Shown: one piece after another, positions 25,397-34,362 of the stretch
Layout of the letters: each line of letters opens with the position of its first letter
How positions within the stretch are numbered: position 1 is the stretch's first letter
Origin: Candidatus Pacearchaeota archaeon
Lineage (GTDB): Archaea; Nanobdellota; Nanobdellia; Pacearchaeales; GW2011-AR1
Direction of reading: 5' to 3'
Assembly: GCA_002731115.1 (NCBI GenBank)
Contig: PBZO01000004.1
Span: 1-47,857, forward strand
Length of the DNA stretch: 47,857 nt
Notes under the pieces: model-generated
Told to the model about the DNA's origin: nothing
The model's database searches: none
The model's input: the letters and a program-made list of their open reading frames with translations, nothing else
Program-made: the position numbers and the translations under genes

Positions 25397-26734
25397 ATGC
25401 CCTTAAAATTATATAATACTTTAACTAGAAAAAAAGAAATCTTTAAACCTATTCATAAAGATAAAGTTAATATGTATGTTTGTGGACCTACTGTTAATGA
25501 TATTCCCCATTTGGGCCATGCAAGACAACAAATTTCTTTTGATGTACTCAGAAAATATTTAATCTTTTTGGGATATAATATAAAATTTATTTCTAATATA
25601 ACTGATATTGAAGATAAGATAATTGATAAGGCTAATGAACTTAAGGAAAATATTGAAAAATTAACGAAAAGGAATATGAAGGCACATATGGAGGATTATA
25701 GAAAAATTGGTGTTAAGAAACCAGATATTCAACCAAAGGCAACAGAATATATTAAAGAGATGATTGATGTGATAGAAAAATTAGAAAAAAAAGGATATGC
25801 ATATATAATTGAAGATGATGGAGTTTATTTTGATATCTCCAAGTTTAAAGATTATGGAAAACTATCTCATCAAGATATTAAGAAACTAAAGGTTGGAATT
25901 AGGGTAAAAGTTAAAGATAAAAAAAGAAATAAGGAGGATTTTGTTTTATGGAAATTTTCAAGACCCTCTGAACCAAAGTGGAAATCTCCTTGGGGAGAGG
26001 GAAGACCTGGATGGCACATTGAATGTTCTGCAATGTCTGCTTCTATTCTGGGACTCCCCTTAGATATTCATGGAGGAGGACAGGATTTAATATTTCCTCA
26101 TCATGAAGATGAAATTGCCCAAAGTGAAGCAGCATATGATAAAAAATTTTCTAATTATTGGGTGCATAATGGGATGGTTAATGTAGATAGAGTGAAGATG
26201 AGTAAAAGTTTAGGAAATTTTAGAACAATTAGGGATTTGCTAAAATATTATTCTGGTAATACTATAAGGTATTTTGTAATGTCGAGCCAGTACAGGAAAC
26301 CAGTTGATTTTTCAAAAAAGACAATGGATAATGCAAGAAACTCATATAAAAGATTGAAAAATATTATTTCTGAAATAAAAGACGACAAAAAAACAAATAA
26401 AGAATATTTAGAAAAGTTCAAGAAAGTAATGGATGATGACTTAAATACTCCAAAAGCACTTCAAGTCTTATGGAATCTAGTTCGTGATAAAAAAGCTAAA
26501 GGAAAATATCAAACAATAAAAAAGATGGATGAAGTTTTTGGATTTGATTTATTAAAAAAAGAAAAAATAGAAATCCCAAAAAAAGTAAAAGAACTTGTTA
26601 GAGAAAGAGAGAAAATTAGGAAAGAGAAAAATTGGGAAGAAGCAGATAAAATAAGAGAGAAAATAAAAAAACTAGGATATTCTTTAGATGATACTAAGGA
26701 TGGAATTGTTGTAAGGAAGCTAAAAAAATATTAA
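25397..26734 (+). CDS. cysS: cysteine--tRNA ligase
   Basis: HLGH (IPHLGHAR) and KMSKS motifs, GRPGWHIECSAM zinc/Cys-binding segment. Confidence 0.9.
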   Translation: MPLKLYNTLTRKKEIFKPIHKDKVNMYVCGPTVNDIPHLGHARQQISFDVLRKYLIFLGYNIKFISNITDIEDKIIDKANELKENIEKLTKRNMKAHMEDYRKIGVKKPDIQPKATEYIKEMIDVIEKLEKKGYAYIIEDDGVYFDISKFKDYGKLSHQDIKKLKVGIRVKVKDKKRNKEDFVLWKFSRPSEPKWKSPWGEGRPGWHIECSAMSASILGLPLDIHGGGQDLIFPHHEDEIAQSEAAYDKKFSNYWVHNGMVNVDRVKMSKSLGNFRTIRDLLKYYSGNTIRYFVMSSQYRKPVDFSKKTMDNARNSYKRLKNIISEIKDDKKTNKEYLEKFKKVMDDDLNTPKALQVLWNLVRDKKAKGKYQTIKKMDEVFGFDLLKKEKIEIPKKVKELVREREKIRKEKNWEEADKIREKIKKLGYSLDDTKDGIVVRKLKKY

Positions 26735-26823
26735 ATGAACAATTAATTGGAGACAAAGAATATATTAAGCAGGTTTTTGAAAGATAAAGTTTATTAATAA
26801 GAGAGATATTAAACTTATAAAAG

Positions 26824-28104
26824 ATGGTAAAGAAATCAGGATACAAAAGTTTTATTAATTTAAAATATAAGCCTAAGAAAACAGACCTTATCTGTCAATT
26901 CAAAGTTACTCCGGCTAAAGGTTATAATTTTAAGGATGTTGTTAGTATGGTTGCTGGAGAGAGTTCTGTTGGAACATGGACAGAGGTTAAAACAATGAAC
27001 CCAAAGATTGGGAAGACTCTTACTCCAAAAGTCTATTATTTAGATACAAAAAATAAGAGATGTAGAATTGCTTATCCTATTGAACTTTTTGAACTTGGAA
27101 ATTTACCTGAGATTATGTCGTCTATCGGAGGGAATATTTATGGGATGAAATCTGCTAAAGGGTTACGTTGGGAAGATATTGAAATCCCTAAAAAAATGTT
27201 AAAAAGTTTTAAAGGACCTCGCTATGGAATTAAAGGTATTAGGAAATACTTAAAAATTAAAAAAAGACCTTTAGTTGGAACAATTGTTAAACCAAAGGTT
27301 GGATTAACAGAATCTCAACATGCAAAAGTTGCTTATGAATCATGGTTAGGAGGATGTGATATTGTAAAAGACGATGAGAATCTAACCAATCAAAATTTTA
27401 ACAAATTTAAAAAAAGATTTTTATTAACAATTAAATTATTAAAAAAAGCTGAAAAAGAAACAGGTGAAAAAAAAGTCTATTTAATTAATTGTACTGCAGA
27501 AACAAAAGAGATGTTAAAACGAATTAAGTTTGTTGAAGATAATGGAGGAAATTATATTATGCTTGATATTATAACTCTTGGATGGGGAGCTTTACAAACT
27601 GCAAGAAATTTTACAAAATTGCCAATTCATGCACATAGAGCAGGCCATGCTATGTTTGATAGAGATTCTAGACATGGGATGGCTATGGAAGTTATAGCAC
27701 AATTAGCTAGAATGATTGGTGTAGATACACTTCATATTGGAACAGCTTATGGGAAAATGAGTGGGGGGAAAAAAGAAGTTCTCCATATTGAACAAGAAAT
27801 AGAATCTTCTTTTACTAAAGAAACAAAAGAAAATCTAAAACAGAGATGGTATGGAATCAAACCTATCTTTGGAGTTGCATCCGGAGGAGTTTATCCTCAA
27901 ATTGTCCCCCAAATTATCAAATTTATGGGAAATGAGGTTGTAATTCAGGCAGGAGGCGGAATTCATGGCCATCCAAAAGGGAGTATTTCTGGTGCAAAAG
28001 CAATGAGACAAGCAGTTGATGCGGTTATAAAAAACAAAAGTTTAAATGAATATTCAAAAACACATAAAGAGCTTAAAGAAGCTCTAAACAAGTGGAAAAA
28101 ATGA
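26824..28104 (+). CDS. rbcL: RuBisCO large-subunit homologue, form III-like (426 aa)
   Basis: GTIVKPKVGL, carbamylation/metal motif DIVKDDENL, HAHRAGHA, LHIGTAYGKMSGG, ASGGVYP, QAGGGIHGHP. All classic active-site positions appear intact. Confidence 0.85.
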   Translation: MVKKSGYKSFINLKYKPKKTDLICQFKVTPAKGYNFKDVVSMVAGESSVGTWTEVKTMNPKIGKTLTPKVYYLDTKNKRCRIAYPIELFELGNLPEIMSSIGGNIYGMKSAKGLRWEDIEIPKKMLKSFKGPRYGIKGIRKYLKIKKRPLVGTIVKPKVGLTESQHAKVAYESWLGGCDIVKDDENLTNQNFNKFKKRFLLTIKLLKKAEKETGEKKVYLINCTAETKEMLKRIKFVEDNGGNYIMLDIITLGWGALQTARNFTKLPIHAHRAGHAMFDRDSRHGMAMEVIAQLARMIGVDTLHIGTAYGKMSGGKKEVLHIEQEIESSFTKETKENLKQRWYGIKPIFGVASGGVYPQIVPQIIKFMGNEVVIQAGGGIHGHPKGSISGAKAMRQAVDAVIKNKSLNEYSKTHKELKEALNKWKK

Positions 28105-28454
28105 AATTTAGAGAAATAATTACTAAATCTGGAACCCATATCTTAGCAGGAAAAGATGCAAAAAATAATGAAGAACTTGTTAAAATAACAAAACCATCAG
28201 AGGAAGTTTTCCATACTGTAAAACCTGGAAGTCCATTTGTTAAAATTGTTGGTAAACCTAAAAGAGGAGATATCAAAAAAGCAGCAATATTTTGTGCTAA
28301 ATATAGTAGGGATTGGAAAAAAAATAAAAAAGATGTGAAAATACATAGATTTAAAGGGAAGGATATTTATAAAAAAGATTATATGGAGATTGGAACTTTT
28401 GGTGTAAAAAAGTTTAAAATTATTAATATTAAAAAAGAAGACCTACTAAAATGA
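28101..28454 (+). CDS. NFACT-R (DUF814) RNA-binding domain protein
   Basis: SGTHILAGKDAKNNEELV...VFHTVKPGSPFVKI...AAIFCAKYS pattern of DUF814. The ATG at 28101 forms an ATGA overlap with the RuBisCO stop. Confidence 0.7.
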   Translation: MKFREIITKSGTHILAGKDAKNNEELVKITKPSEEVFHTVKPGSPFVKIVGKPKRGDIKKAAIFCAKYSRDWKKNKKDVKIHRFKGKDIYKKDYMEIGTFGVKKFKIINIKKEDLLK

Positions 28455-28696
28455 AAACAATAGGACAAAGACAGTTAGGAAAAAATGGAATAACAACTAA
28501 TTTCATTGAAACATTAAAAAATAATTTTAAAAATTATGAAAATATTAAGATCTCTGTTCTAAGAAGTGCAGGACATGAAAAAAGTAAAGTAAAGGAATAT
28601 TCCGAAGATATCTTAAGAAAATTAGGGAAAAATTATACATCAAAAATTATTGGATTTACAATTATTATAAAAAAATGGAGAAAACCAGTCAGATAA
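28451..28696 (+). CDS. CRS1/YhbY (CRM domain) RNA-binding protein
   Basis: LGKNGITTNFIETLKNNF...IKISVLRS...IGFTIIIKKWRK matches the YhbY pattern. ATGA overlap upstream. Confidence 0.7.
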   Translation: MKTIGQRQLGKNGITTNFIETLKNNFKNYENIKISVLRSAGHEKSKVKEYSEDILRKLGKNYTSKIIGFTIIIKKWRKPVR

Positions 28697-28777
28697 ATTT
28701 ATAAACTTCTTTTCTCCTTAATTTCTAAGTTAAATGGTTTAACTTATCTAACATCGAAAGATGTGACATATATTAAA

Positions 28778-29200
28778 ATGGCAGTTTATGATATTGATGC
28801 TCAAGAATATAATTTAAAATTAGCTGAAAGCTTGAAAAAAATCCCTGAATTTAATCAACCAGAATGGTCTATATTTATAAAAACAGGACCTGCAAAAGAG
28901 AGGCCTATAGAAGACCCTGATTTCTGGCATAAACGGGCTGCAAGTATCCTAAAGCAAATTTATAAAAATAAAATTCTAGGAGTAAATAAATTCCGAACAA
29001 AATATGGAAGTAAAAAAAATAGAGGTTATGCTCCTGAAAAATTTAGAAGAGCAGGAGGGAAGATAATTAGAACTATTTTACAGCAATCTGATAAAGCAGG
29101 ATTTACTGAAATTGCAAAAGCAATTAAGGGCGTGAAAGGAAGAAAACCAGGAAGACAATTAACAGAAAAAGGTAAAGAATTCTTGGAGGGAATAAAATGA
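28778..29200 (+). CDS. rps19e: ribosomal protein eS19
   Basis: PEWSIFIKTGPAKERPIEDPDFWHKRAASILKQIY...GRQLTEKGKEFL. I prefer the ATG at 28778 over the GTG at 28763. Confidence 0.85.
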   Translation: MAVYDIDAQEYNLKLAESLKKIPEFNQPEWSIFIKTGPAKERPIEDPDFWHKRAASILKQIYKNKILGVNKFRTKYGSKKNRGYAPEKFRRAGGKIIRTILQQSDKAGFTEIAKAIKGVKGRKPGRQLTEKGKEFLEGIK

Positions 29201-29424
29201 AAATATATTCTAGAGATTATATAATCTCTGAAAACATTAGTAGAAAAATAATAGAATATTATAGACATAGAATCTTGGATAAGAGTATTTATTTTGGGAG
29301 AGGATATATTGGTTTTACTAATAATAAAAGAATTATAGAGATTAATACACTTTCAAAGAATAGAAATCAACTAATTAAAGCTAAATTAGAAGATGAATTT
29401 AATTTTAAACTAAAAACTGCATAA
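29197..29424 (+). CDS. hypothetical 75-aa protein inside the ribosomal protein operon
   Basis: ATGA overlap with the rps19e stop, and its own stop lies 1 nt before the rpl39e start. No Cys and no recognisable motif. Confidence 0.45.
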   Translation: MKIYSRDYIISENISRKIIEYYRHRILDKSIYFGRGYIGFTNNKRIIEINTLSKNRNQLIKAKLEDEFNFKLKTA

Positions 29425-29425
29425 A

Positions 29426-29629
29426 ATGCCAATTAAAAATCAAAATAAAAAAATAAAACTAGCAAAAAAAGCAAGACAAACTAAGTGGGCTCCTGTTTGG
29501 GTTGTCTTGAAAAAATTTGGAATGGGCAAGAAAATTCATCCTTCATCTATAACTAAATACAAGCGTTCTTGGAGAAGAACTAAACTTCATATTAAACCAA
29601 GAAAACAGAAAAAATCACATCTTGGATAA
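29426..29629 (+). CDS. rpl39e: ribosomal protein eL39 (with internal insertion and basic C-terminal extension)
   Basis: KLAKKARQTKWAPVWVVLK...SWRRTKLHIK matches the eL39 pattern. Confidence 0.75.
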   Translation: MPIKNQNKKIKLAKKARQTKWAPVWVVLKKFGMGKKIHPSSITKYKRSWRRTKLHIKPRKQKKSHLG

Positions 29630-29630
29630 A

Positions 29631-30200
29631 ATGGAAGATAAAGAAACAAAAACAGAGAAAATTGAAAGAGAATACATAATCCCTCTAAGGGAAAAATGCA
29701 GAGTTGTCCCAAGATATAAAAAAGCAAACAAAGCAATAAAAACAATAAAAGAATTCTTAGTTAGACATATGAAGATAAGAAATAGAGATTTGAAAAAAGT
29801 TAAAATTGATAAATATCTAAATGAGGTAGTCTGGTTTAGAGGGATAAAAAAACCTCCTGCAAAAATTAAAGTTAAAGCAATAAAAGAAGGAGATATTATA
29901 AAAGTAGAACTTTTTGAAATACCTAATAAATTAAAATTCAAAAAAGCTAGACTTGAAAAGAGAGAGAGAAAGGCAGAAGATAAAATTGAGAAGAAAAAAG
30001 ATATTGTTAAACCTGAAGAAAAAACAGATGAAGAAAAAAAGGAAATTGAAGAAAAGAAAGTAGAAGAAAAAGAAAAGAAAGCAGCAGTAGTTGAAGAAGG
30101 TAAAAAAATAGAAAAGGCAGCTGCAAAACAGGTAAAACATAAGGTTGGAGGAAAAACAAAACAACCAAAACATCAGATTAGAAAAGCTTTAGCAAAATAG
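29631..30200 (+). CDS. rpl31e: ribosomal protein eL31 with about 100-aa K/E-rich C-terminal extension
   Basis: EREYIIPLRE...RYKKANKAIKTIKEFLVRHMK...KIDKYLNEVVWFRGIKKPP core. ATG at 29631 (the track start at 29622 is TTG). Confidence 0.8.
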   Translation: MEDKETKTEKIEREYIIPLREKCRVVPRYKKANKAIKTIKEFLVRHMKIRNRDLKKVKIDKYLNEVVWFRGIKKPPAKIKVKAIKEGDIIKVELFEIPNKLKFKKARLEKRERKAEDKIEKKKDIVKPEEKTDEEKKEIEEKKVEEKEKKAAVVEEGKKIEKAAAKQVKHKVGGKTKQPKHQIRKALAK

Positions 30201-30230
30201 ATTTTTATACTTAATAATTCTTAGAAAGTT

Positions 30231-31103
30231 ATGGTAAATTTTCAAAATAAAGATATAAAAGAGCTTCTAGAATTTGGAATAATCAATATTGATAAATCGT
30301 CTGGTCCAACATCATTTAATATTTCTGATTTTGTAAGAAAAAAATTAAATTTAAGAAAAACTTCTCATTTTGGTACTTTGGATCCAAAAGTAACAGGAGT
30401 TTTACCCATTGCATTAAATAGAGCTTGTAAACTTACAGGATATTTCTTAGGAGAAGATAAAGAATATATTGGAGTTATGAGGATTCACGAGGATATCTCC
30501 TTAGATAAAATTAAGAAAACAATAAAAGAGAAATTTCTCGGGAAAATTAAACAAACTCCTCCGGTGAGATCTCGTGTAAAAAGGCAAGAGAGAATAAGGG
30601 AAATAAAAAAATTTAATATCTTAGAAAAAAATGGAAAGAATATATTATTTCATGTTGAGTGCGAAGGTGGAACTTATATTAGAAAAATTTGTAGTGACTT
30701 GGGAGATTATATGAAAATTGGGACTCATATGTTGGAATTAAGGAGAATTCGTGCAGGAATTATTAGAGAACATGATAAAAAATACCCTTCTATCAACCTA
30801 TATGAATTTCTCCAAGCTGTTGATGAATATAAAAAGGGGAATGAAGAGTTATTGAAAAGAATGATTATTCCTGCGGAGATTATAACCCAATTACATCCAA
30901 TAATCAAAGTTAAGGAGAGAGAAGTAAAAAGATTATTAACTGGAAAACCTATTTTTAAGGAAGATTTGACTAGAAAAGAGAAAATGGAAACTGGGAAAAT
31001 TATCTGTGTTTTTTCAGAAGAAAGATTTATAGGGATGTATAAAGTTACTAATAATGGAGATATTTTTGCAAAATCAGAATTTGTAATGCAACCTATAAAA
31101 TGA
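30231..31103 (+). CDS. cbf5: Cbf5/TruB-family pseudouridine synthase with PUA domain (H/ACA RNP catalytic subunit)
   Basis: INIDKSSGPTSF...HFGTLDPKVTGVLPIAL catalytic Asp motif; C-terminal PUA-like part. Confidence 0.85.
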   Translation: MVNFQNKDIKELLEFGIINIDKSSGPTSFNISDFVRKKLNLRKTSHFGTLDPKVTGVLPIALNRACKLTGYFLGEDKEYIGVMRIHEDISLDKIKKTIKEKFLGKIKQTPPVRSRVKRQERIREIKKFNILEKNGKNILFHVECEGGTYIRKICSDLGDYMKIGTHMLELRRIRAGIIREHDKKYPSINLYEFLQAVDEYKKGNEELLKRMIIPAEIITQLHPIIKVKEREVKRLLTGKPIFKEDLTRKEKMETGKIICVFSEERFIGMYKVTNNGDIFAKSEFVMQPIK

Positions 31104-31675
31104 AACACTTTATATATTTTTCAAGAAATGCATCAACTACAGGGAATTTTAAAGATTTAATGAAAGCTGGACGAATGGATATTGTTATTCACTCAATAAT
31201 TCAGGGGTTATTTTTATCTAATAGTTTTAGAGAAGATGTTAAAATGCATTTGGTTTTTTATGGTATGCCTGACCCTCCAAAACATATTGAAATACAAGTA
31301 ACTCCTGACTTGGAGATTAGTAAGAAAGATGTTGCTAATTTAATTAAGAAAATTCTATATAAGTATAAAAAGGATAAAAAAACAGAAGTTTTTCCAAAAT
31401 GTTTTATTGAAAAAAAGAGTTTTTTAAAAGTAATTGAAGAACTAATTAATGAAGATAAAGAGATTTTTATTTTAGACAAATCAGGAGTTGATATTAGAAA
31501 AGCAGAGATTTCTAATAATTGTGCTTTTGTCTTGGGAGATCACGATGGTTTACCAAAAAAAGAATTAAGAAGATTAAAGAAGATAGCAAAACCCATCTCT
31601 ATTGGTCCAAAAACATATTTTTCAAGTCAAACGATTGCAATTGTTAATAATGAACTTGATAGAAGAAACATATAA
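31100..31675 (+). CDS. trmY: SPOUT methyltransferase, TrmY-like (tRNA pseudouridine-54 N1-methyltransferase family)
   Basis: AGRMDIVIHSIIQGLFLSNSFREDV...FVLGDHDGLPKKE...ISIGPKTYFSSQTIAIVNNELDRR. ATGA overlap with cbf5. Confidence 0.65.
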   Translation: MKHFIYFSRNASTTGNFKDLMKAGRMDIVIHSIIQGLFLSNSFREDVKMHLVFYGMPDPPKHIEIQVTPDLEISKKDVANLIKKILYKYKKDKKTEVFPKCFIEKKSFLKVIEELINEDKEIFILDKSGVDIRKAEISNNCAFVLGDHDGLPKKELRRLKKIAKPISIGPKTYFSSQTIAIVNNELDRRNI

Positions 31676-31719
31676 AAGAATAATAAAATAACTAAATACT
31701 ATGAAGACTGATTAGAAAT

Positions 31720-32580
31720 ATGAGAAATTATAATATAGAACAAATCTATTTTAATCATGTTAAAAAGACTCCTTATTTAACTTTTGAAGAAGAAAGAAAA
31801 CTTGGAGAAAGAAAAGATAAGGGGAATAAGTATGCTTTTAAGAAACTTGTTGAGTCAAATTTAATGCTAGTTGTGAGTATTGCACATAAATATAATATTA
31901 ATAGAAAACACTTAAATCTCTTTGATTTAATACAAGAAGGAAATCTGGGATTAATAAAAGCAGTAACAAAATTTGATCAAACAAAAGGATATAAATTTTC
32001 TACATATGCAACATGGTGGATTAGACAAGGTATAACTAAGGCTATACTAGATTATGATCACACAGTAAAAGTTTCTGCTAGAATACAAGGGATGAAAAAT
32101 AAAATTATAAAATATAAAATAGAATTTATAACAAAAGAAAAGAGAAACCCAACTAATAAGGAAATTTGTGAGAATACTGGAATTAATCTAAAAATAGTGG
32201 AAAAAATAATTAATAGATATTCTCAATTAGAAATCTCATTACAAGCTCCTATAAATGGAAAAAATAATACTATTAAAAAGCCAGTAGAATATTTTATTAA
32301 AAGTGAACTAGAAGTAAATGATGAAATACCTATAGAGTATATAAAATTAACAAAGACGATGGATAAATTGCTTAAAACACTTTCACCAACAGAAGAAATG
32401 GTTTTAAGAAGAAGATTTGGAATCTTTAAGAATTATAAGATGCAGGGTAAAAATGGAAACTTAGCAGAAATTGGCAGGGACCTTAATCTTACAAGAGAGA
32501 GAATTAGACAGATACAAAAGAAGGCATTAGAAAAGATGAACCATATCTCAAGAAGAAGAGAATTAGAAGCATTTGTATAA
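31720..32580 (+). CDS. bacterial-type RNA polymerase sigma-70 family factor (regions 2, 3 and 4 present)
   Basis: Region 2: LVVSIAHKY...[41 protein letters not shown]. Region 3: [22 protein letters not shown]...SLQAPI. Region 4: [15 protein letters not shown]...[26 protein letters not shown]. Confidence 0.9.
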   Translation: MRNYNIEQIYFNHVKKTPYLTFEEERKLGERKDKGNKYAFKKLVESNLMLVVSIAHKYNINRKHLNLFDLIQEGNLGLIKAVTKFDQTKGYKFSTYATWWIRQGITKAILDYDHTVKVSARIQGMKNKIIKYKIEFITKEKRNPTNKEICENTGINLKIVEKIINRYSQLEISLQAPINGKNNTIKKPVEYFIKSELEVNDEIPIEYIKLTKTMDKLLKTLSPTEEMVLRRRFGIFKNYKMQGKNGNLAEIGRDLNLTRERIRQIQKKALEKMNHISRRRELEAFV

Positions 32581-32646
32581 TCCCCAATATAACTTCTCAA
32601 CAATAAAAAACAATATAAACTCGCCCAATTTCTTTTTCTTATAAAA

Positions 32647-34041
32647 ATGGGTGAAAAGGCAATAAAAGATAAATGCGGGGTTTTTGGAATATTTGGAGTT
32701 GATAATCCTGCAGAATATACTTATCTAGGATTGCATAATATCCAGCATAGAGGTCAAGAAACTTGCGGGATTGTAACATCTTCTGAAGAAAAAAAAGAAT
32801 CAAAGGGAAAATTCAAACAATACCATGGCAAAGGTATAGTTAATGATGTTTTTAATGAAAAAATTCTTGAGAAATTAAATGGAAGAGCAGCAATAGGACA
32901 TGTTAGATATTCAACAAGAGGAGGGTCGTCTCTTAATAATGCCCAGCCAATAATTGTAAGCACAAAAAATGGAGTTATTGCAATAGCTCATAATGGACAA
33001 TTTGCAAACTATAAAAGATTAAAAAGAGAACTTATAGAAAAAGGAAGTATCTTCAAAACAACAAGTGATACTGAAATTGCTCTTCATAAATTCTCAAAAT
33101 CTAATGCTGATTCAATAAAAGAGAATATCTATGAAGCATTTAAAGATATAAAACCATCTTATTCAATTGTTATGCTTACTAAAAAAGAGCTTATTGGATT
33201 AAGAGACTCTTCTGGTGTTAGACCCTTGGTTATTGGTTATATTGAAGATAAAGATGCATATGTTTTAGCTTCTGAAAGTGTGGCATTCGATATTATTGGT
33301 GCAAAATATATAGGTGAAGTAAAATCAGGAGAAATAGTAATTATTGATGACAATGGATTAAGAAGAGAACAACTTTTTAATCCTGGGAAACAACAAAGGT
33401 GTATTTTTGAATGTATCTATTTTTCAAGACCAGACTCCTTTGTTTTTAGCAAAGATATAACAATAAGTGTCGCAAGAAAAGAATTTGGACGACAAATTTA
33501 TCGAGAATGCCCTGTTGATGCTGATGTAATTATTCCTGTTCCTGATTCGAGTATTGATGCGGCTCTTGGTTATAGTTATGAATCAAAAATCCCTTTTGAT
33601 TGGGGTTTTGTAAGAAATCATTATATTGGAAGAACTTTTATTCAACCAACACAAACAAAAAGAGATGTAGGAGTAATAAAAAAATTTAATCCTAATAAGT
33701 CAATAGTAGATGGAAAAAGGGTTGTTGTAGTTGATGATTCTATTGTAAGAGCAAGTACATTAAAAAAACTTATTAAATTATTGAGAAAATTTGGAGCAAA
33801 AGATATACATGTTGCAATAAGTTGTCCTCCTTATAAATATAGTTGTTATTTGGGTATAGATACTTCTGAAAAGGAAAAATTAATTGCAAATGAAAAATCA
33901 ATAGAAGAAATAAAAAATTTTATTGATGCTGACTCCCTTCATTATTTAAGTAAACAAGGTATGTTAGACAATAAATATCTAAGAGAAGGTGGATTTTGCA
34001 CTTATTGTTTTGATGGAGAAGAAGTAATTAAAAGAGAATAG
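32647..34041 (+). CDS. purF: amidophosphoribosyltransferase
   Basis: Short propeptide, then the CGVFGIFG Ntn nucleophile; VVVDDSIVRASTLKKLI PRPP motif; Cys residues positioned for a 4Fe-4S cluster (CIFECIYF, CTYCFDG). Confidence 0.9.
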   Translation: MGEKAIKDKCGVFGIFGVDNPAEYTYLGLHNIQHRGQETCGIVTSSEEKKESKGKFKQYHGKGIVNDVFNEKILEKLNGRAAIGHVRYSTRGGSSLNNAQPIIVSTKNGVIAIAHNGQFANYKRLKRELIEKGSIFKTTSDTEIALHKFSKSNADSIKENIYEAFKDIKPSYSIVMLTKKELIGLRDSSGVRPLVIGYIEDKDAYVLASESVAFDIIGAKYIGEVKSGEIVIIDDNGLRREQLFNPGKQQRCIFECIYFSRPDSFVFSKDITISVARKEFGRQIYRECPVDADVIIPVPDSSIDAALGYSYESKIPFDWGFVRNHYIGRTFIQPTQTKRDVGVIKKFNPNKSIVDGKRVVVVDDSIVRASTLKKLIKLLRKFGAKDIHVAISCPPYKYSCYLGIDTSEKEKLIANEKSIEEIKNFIDADSLHYLSKQGMLDNKYLREGGFCTYCFDGEEVIKRE

Positions 34042-34082
34042 ATTTCAACAAAATTAATAAACTATAGCCAGCTATCTTTTCT

Positions 34083-34358
34083 ATGAAAAAGTCTGTAAGA
34101 TTATATATTGATGGAACAGTGCAAGGAGTTTTTTTTAGAGCATTTATTAAAGAAAATGCAGAAAGATATAATGTTAAAGGTTTTGTTAGAAATCTAGAAG
34201 ATGGAAGAATTGAAGCATTTTTAGAAGGAAATTCTGAAGATGTCAATAAGATTATTGAATTATGTAAAAAAGGTCCAAAACATTCACAAATAAAAAACAT
34301 TGAGATTAAACTAGAAAGATTCCAAGATTTTAAAGTGTTTAAAGTTTTGCATATATAA
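34083..34358 (+). CDS. acyP: acylphosphatase
   Basis: GTVQGVFFRAFIKENAERYNVKGFVRNLEDGRIEAFLEG signature; 91 aa. Confidence 0.8.
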   Translation: MKKSVRLYIDGTVQGVFFRAFIKENAERYNVKGFVRNLEDGRIEAFLEGNSEDVNKIIELCKKGPKHSQIKNIEIKLERFQDFKVFKVLHI

Positions 34359-34362
34359 TATT

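Noticed and set aside
29615-30173. Minus-strand ORFs 29615-29941 and 29931-30173
   Set aside because: They are antisense to the K/E-rich eL31 gene. AAG/GAA-rich coding gives Phe/Leu-rich open antisense frames.
31720-32580. Sigma-70 gene as bacterial contamination or assembly chimera
   Set aside because: The gene has the same extreme AT-richness and K/I/N/E-rich codon style as its neighbours. It is separated by only 44 and 66 nt from archaea-type genes on both sides, within one continuous sequence. A chimera cannot be fully excluded without read data, so it is listed as the refutation test.
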